This document shows positions 59,998 to 64,000 of a DNA stretch of 64,000 bases, piece by piece (position 1 is the stretch's first letter; each line of letters starts with the position of its first letter). The position numbers were made by a program, and so were the translations under genes. Source of the DNA: Endomicrobiia bacterium (lineage in GTDB: Bacteria > Elusimicrobiota > Endomicrobiia > DTEH01); contig JBCNUU010000002.1 in the NCBI GenBank assembly GCA_039630545.1, positions 95,994 to 159,993 on the forward strand, given 5' to 3'. Below the pieces are notes generated by a model. That model was not told where the DNA came from, ran no database searches, and saw only the letters and a list, made by a program, of their open reading frames with translations.

Positions 59998-60732
59998 ATG
60001 ATTAAGGTTTTAAAATATAAATTTGCATCAAAGAAGCAGCATATATACATATCCTGTGTTATATTTGCTAATATGAAAACGGAGACAATATTAAAGATTT
60101 CCTGTATAGCATCTTTTGATCCACTTATATATGAAATGGATCTTTCAGAAGAATATAAAAAAATAGAAAATATGATTAATAAATATAAATTGGAATCAAA
60201 AAGTTGTTTTGATATTACAAAAAAAGTTTATGTTCAATTATATAAAAACGAAGAAGAAGTTATAAGAAGTATATGTAAGGAAAAAATAAATGTTATTGAT
60301 GATATTCTTATTAATATATTAGACATTAAAGAAAAAGAGAATGTAAAGTCTTCTTTTAAAATAGAAAAATTAAAATTTGAAAAAAATTTTAAAAATAACA
60401 TCTCAAGTAATTCAAAATTTGAAGAGATCATAGACGGAGGAATTGATAAATTTTTTATTAAAACTAAACCTGTGATAGAGGAAAAAAAGGGTATAAGTGT
60501 AGAAAAAATTAAACCTAAAAATGAGATATTATGTGAAGTTGTTGATAAAAGGGAGATAGTAAAATATATAATGCAGACATTGTTTTCAAAAGAATTAAGG
60601 TTTTTATATAGCAAAGTCACTGAAGTTAATTTTAAAAACAAAAATTGTTGTGAAATTATATGTAATATCACTCCGGTGATATTTACGAAATTTATTGTTG
60701 ATAAAAAACAAAAATTAATTGTAAAAAAATAA
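59998..60732 (+). CDS. Hypothetical protein
   Basis: Long ORF tightly packed between xerC and the next gene; no motif recognised with confidence. Confidence 0.7.
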   Translation: MIKVLKYKFASKKQHIYISCVIFANMKTETILKISCIASFDPLIYEMDLSEEYKKIENMINKYKLESKSCFDITKKVYVQLYKNEEEVIRSICKEKINVIDDILINILDIKEKENVKSSFKIEKLKFEKNFKNNISSNSKFEEIIDGGIDKFFIKTKPVIEEKKGISVEKIKPKNEILCEVVDKREIVKYIMQTLFSKELRFLYSKVTEVNFKNKNCCEIICNITPVIFTKFIVDKKQKLIVKK

Positions 60733-60733
60733 A

Positions 60734-63184
60734 ATGGAAAACGAAGATCTAAAATTAGAATTTACAGATGATTTAGAGAAAGAGATATCTGCTGTAGATA
60801 GGGAGTTATACAGCAAAACAATATCTTTGTTAAGACAAAAGATATCCCAGCAAAAAGAACAACTTTTGAAACTTCATGAGGTGAAAGAAAAAGAAATCCA
60901 AGAGTTGAAAAATAAATTAAAAGCTACAGAGGAAACCCTAAGAAATACTCAGGCGGTTTTAGAAACTCTTCAACAAAATGAAATAGATAGGATAAAAAAA
61001 ACAGCAGAGGAACTAAAAAGACAAAAAGAAAAAGAAATTGAAAGATGGAAAAACATAGAAGAGGAGATTAAAAAATTTAAAGAAATATCTTATTCCTCTG
61101 AATTAAAATTAAAAGAAGAACTTAGAAGGTACGAAGAATTAAAACATCTTCATGAAATGCAGGTTAAAGAATGGGAAATGAGGCTTAAAGAAAAAGAGTT
61201 AGAGATAGAAAAATATAAAGAAGAAATAAGCAAGAAAGATGAGGAGATAGTAAAAATTAATTCAGAATATAAGGAAAAACTAAGAAATTTGGAATCAGAG
61301 TTAGAAAAATCTCAACAAAAAGTTGATATCATAAGAAAAGAGTATGAAGATAAAATTAAAGAACTGCAAGATTTTATATTTAATCTTCAAGAAACTTTAA
61401 ATAAAACATCCTTAGAAGTAGAAAGATATAAAATTGAGACAGAAAAATTAAAAGAAGATTTACAGCAAAAAAATATACAAAATGAACGTCTTGAAATTTC
61501 TTTAAAACATAAAGAAGAAGAGTTAGAAGAAAAAATTAAACAATATGAAGAGAAGATAAAACTATTACAGAAAGATATAGATGCCAAAAATGCTAATTTT
61601 GAAAATGAAAAAAGAATATTACAGCAAAATTATGAAACTGAAATTGAAAAACTAAGAAGTATTATTGATGAAACTAATAAAAGATATACCAATTTGTTAG
61701 ATACTTATAATTCTTTAGAAAAAAAATATCTTGAAAAAGAACAAAGTATTCAAGTATTGGAAAATAAACTTAATAGTTTTGAAACTTTAAAATCTCAAGA
61801 ATTTAAACAGTTAAATGATGAAATTACTTTACTTAACCAGAAAAACGAAAAGTTAATTCTTGAGATTAATCAAAAAATTCATCAATATGAAGAAGAGCAT
61901 AAATTAAGGACATTATTGGAACAAAGACTAGAACAGATCCAGAAAGAAAAAAATAACGAAGTTGAAAAATTAACAAACGAGGTTTTAAGTTGGAGAAATG
62001 CGTTTGAGGAAGAACAAAAGCGAAATGAGCAAAGACTTAAAAGCTTATTAGAAAGGTATGAAAATATAATTCTTTCAAGAAATCAAGAAATAGAGAAACT
62101 CCAAAAAGAATTAAATGATATAGAAAATGAATACAACGAATTAAGAAAAATTTATCAAGAAACAAAAATAGAAAATCAACATCTAAATTCTACAGTTAAT
62201 TTTTTAGAAAAAAAAATTGAAGAATTGACTCAACAACTTCAAACGCAGCATGAGAAATTTGCAGAAATTCTTACCTCTGAAAGAATAAATTGGGAAGAGA
62301 GAGTTAAAAAATATACTGAAGAAATTGAAAATGTTAAAAAAGAATATGAAGAAAAATTAAAAAATATGAAATCAACAGAAAATGAATTAATTGACAAATT
62401 ACAGCAGTTTGAATCAGAATATAAAAAAATAAAATTATCTAATGAGGATCTAATAAAAAAGATAGAAGAACTTTCGTCTGACAATTATAGATTACAAAAT
62501 GCATTACAGGATAAAGAAAATGAATTTGTAAAAAAAATAAATGAGCAGAGAGAACATTATGAAAATTTAATACTGCAAATAAAAGAGGAATTAGAAAAAA
62601 CAAGGAAAGACTACTCTGATTTACAATTTAGAAAAAGTGAAGAAATAGCTTCCTTAGTAAACGAATATAATTACAAGATAAAACAGATAGAAGAAAATTT
62701 CAAAAATCAATTAGAAAGTTTTAATAAAGAAAAAGTTGAATTAATTGAAAAAACAAAGTTATTATCTGAAGAAATTGATAAATTAAAAAGTGAAAAAAAT
62801 GTTTTAGAGATGTTAAATGAAGAATATAAAAATAAAATAGAAAGTCAAAAAAAGAAATATGAAGATGAAATAGAAAAACTTAACATTTTAATAGATGAGG
62901 AGCGCAAAAAGAAGTTAATAGAAATTGCACAGATCACCTCAAGAAATGAGCAGCAGTTAAATGAATTAAGAAAACTTCTTTTAGTAGAACGGAATAACTA
63001 TGAAGCCAGAATTAAAGAATTATTTAATCATGAAAAAGAATTAAGAGAAAAATATGAAGAAGAAATTAAAAATTTATATCGTGAAATTAACCTTTTAAAA
63101 AATACAATCACAAAACTGGAACAAATTAAAGATAACCTACAACAGAAGCTAAATAACTTACAGAAGGGAACTGACTCACATTAA
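60734..63184 (+). CDS. 816-aa all-coiled-coil protein
   Basis: E/K/L/Q/N/I-rich heptads throughout; no Pro or Cys and a single Gly near the C-terminus; no Walker motifs or TM helix. Confidence 0.85.
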   Translation: MENEDLKLEFTDDLEKEISAVDRELYSKTISLLRQKISQQKEQLLKLHEVKEKEIQELKNKLKATEETLRNTQAVLETLQQNEIDRIKKTAEELKRQKEKEIERWKNIEEEIKKFKEISYSSELKLKEELRRYEELKHLHEMQVKEWEMRLKEKELEIEKYKEEISKKDEEIVKINSEYKEKLRNLESELEKSQQKVDIIRKEYEDKIKELQDFIFNLQETLNKTSLEVERYKIETEKLKEDLQQKNIQNERLEISLKHKEEELEEKIKQYEEKIKLLQKDIDAKNANFENEKRILQQNYETEIEKLRSIIDETNKRYTNLLDTYNSLEKKYLEKEQSIQVLENKLNSFETLKSQEFKQLNDEITLLNQKNEKLILEINQKIHQYEEEHKLRTLLEQRLEQIQKEKNNEVEKLTNEVLSWRNAFEEEQKRNEQRLKSLLERYENIILSRNQEIEKLQKELNDIENEYNELRKIYQETKIENQHLNSTVNFLEKKIEELTQQLQTQHEKFAEILTSERINWEERVKKYTEEIENVKKEYEEKLKNMKSTENELIDKLQQFESEYKKIKLSNEDLIKKIEELSSDNYRLQNALQDKENEFVKKINEQREHYENLILQIKEELEKTRKDYSDLQFRKSEEIASLVNEYNYKIKQIEENFKNQLESFNKEKVELIEKTKLLSEEIDKLKSEKNVLEMLNEEYKNKIESQKKKYEDEIEKLNILIDEERKKKLIEIAQITSRNEQQLNELRKLLLVERNNYEARIKELFNHEKELREKYEEEIKNLYREINLLKNTITKLEQIKDNLQQKLNNLQKGTDSH

Positions 63185-64000
63185 ATGAATAAATCTTCTG
63201 GCAAAATTTATATAATAGACGGGAATGCATATATTCATAGAGCCTATCATGCTTTACCTAAAAATTTAACCACAACTTCTGGCTTACCTGTTAATGCTGT
63301 ATTTGGATTTATTAGAATGATTTTTAAAATTTTGAAGACATATAAACCTGAATATCTATGTATATGTCTGGACTCTGATAAACCTACATTCAGACATAAA
63401 ATCTTTAAAGAATATAAAGCTACTAGAAAAGAGTTAGAAGAAGACATAAAAGTCCAATTTCCTTTAGTGTATGAATTTGTAAAAAATAGCGGATTTCCAT
63501 ATATTGTAATAGATGGCTATGAAGCCGATGATTTGATAAGCTTTATTGTAAGAAAATTTAAAAAAGATTATGATATAGTAATTATAAGCGGAGATAAAGA
63601 CATTCTTCAGCTTGTGGATGGGAAAAATGTAGTAGTATATAACGAACACAAGAATATATTTTATGATGAAAATGAAGTTATAAAAAAATATCAAGTACCT
63701 CCAGAGTTGTTGGTTGATTATTTTTCTTTGATTGGTGATAAAACTGATAATATTGTGGGAGTAGATGGTATAGGACCTAAAACTGCTTCTTTGTTGATAA
63801 ATAAATACGGAGATCTTGAAAAAATATTTATTAATATTGACAAATTAGAACCAAAATTAAAACAAAAACTTACAGAAAAAAGAGAGCAACTTTACAGAAA
63901 TAAGGAACTATTGAAATTAACATCAAGTATAGAAGAATTAGAAAATATTCAGGTTGAAAATTTCAAAATTTCCAATATTAAAATAGATAGAATAAAGGAA
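63185..64000 (+). CDS. polA: DNA polymerase I 5'-3' exonuclease domain, 3'-truncated by the window edge (not in the ORF track)
   Basis: Hand translation MNKSSGKIYIIDGNAYIHRAYHALP..NAVFGF, YKATR, GYEADDLI, SGDKD.LQL, GDKTDNI.GV.GIGPKTA; could also be a stand-alone 5'-3' exonuclease. Confidence 0.9.
   Translation, partial: MNKSSGKIYIIDGNAYIHRAYHALPKNLTTTSGLPVNAVFGFIRMIFKILKTYKPEYLCICLDSDKPTFRHKIFKEYKATRKELEEDIKVQFPLVYEFVKNSGFPYIVIDGYEADDLISFIVRKFKKDYDIVIISGDKDILQLVDGKNVVVYNEHKNIFYDENEVIKKYQVPPELLVDYFSLIGDKTDNIVGVDGIGPKTASLLINKYGDLEKIFINIDKLEPKLKQKLTEKREQLYRNKELLKLTSSIEELENIQVENFKISNIKIDRIKE

Noticed and set aside
60734..63184. SMC/SbcC ATPase
   Set aside because: No Walker A/B, signature motif, hinge or zinc hook.
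3016..63694. Short antisense or alternate-frame ORFs in the track (e.g. 3016-3225, 3513-3737, 27369-27662, 29698-30054, 60234-60671, 63247-63694)
   Set aside because: They lie within or opposite well-supported genes, lack RBSs and motifs, and look like shadow ORFs of AT-rich coding DNA.

Overview
AT-rich bacterial chromosome segment, almost entirely coding. The E/K-rich proteins and GC-rich tRNA stems hint at a thermophile, and the GT9 LPS-type transferase hints at a diderm; I cannot assign the lineage from sequence alone. 1-15.9 kb: 3' part of tuf plus the S10-spc-alpha ribosomal superoperon (no rpmD/L30; rpmJ missed by the ORF track). It runs straight into mreBCD-mrdA-rodA, a radical SAM fusion and a TPR-SpoIID gene (to 25.7 kb). 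25.7-27.8 kb: four tRNAs (Ser-CGA, Phe-GAA, Thr-CGT, Gln-CTG, none with encoded CCA) with two accessory inserts. The most striking element lies between tRNA-Phe and tRNA-Thr: a four-helix-bundle (23S rRNA IVS protein/Avd-like) gene with one nonsense codon. It is bracketed exactly from start to stop codon by inverted arrays of 9-bp-period GAGTT/AACTC repeats that can form a ~40-bp RNA stem, like an intervening sequence in a tRNA transcript. An orphan PD-(D/E)XK nuclease-like gene follows tRNA-Gln. Next come gltX, hisG, gatA, uppP, trpS, scpA (no scpB), a surface-glycan cluster with a B12 radical SAM gene and a decayed paralogue, and an ldcA-spmA-spmB-Ntn hydrolase operon. The window ends with rplU-rpsA, comM, a GT2/GT-C/PAP2 triple fusion, LysM and NlpC/P60 genes, dprA-topA-xerC, an 816-aa proline-free coiled-coil protein and the 5' end of polA. 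All calls come from motif recognition by eye; no searches were run.
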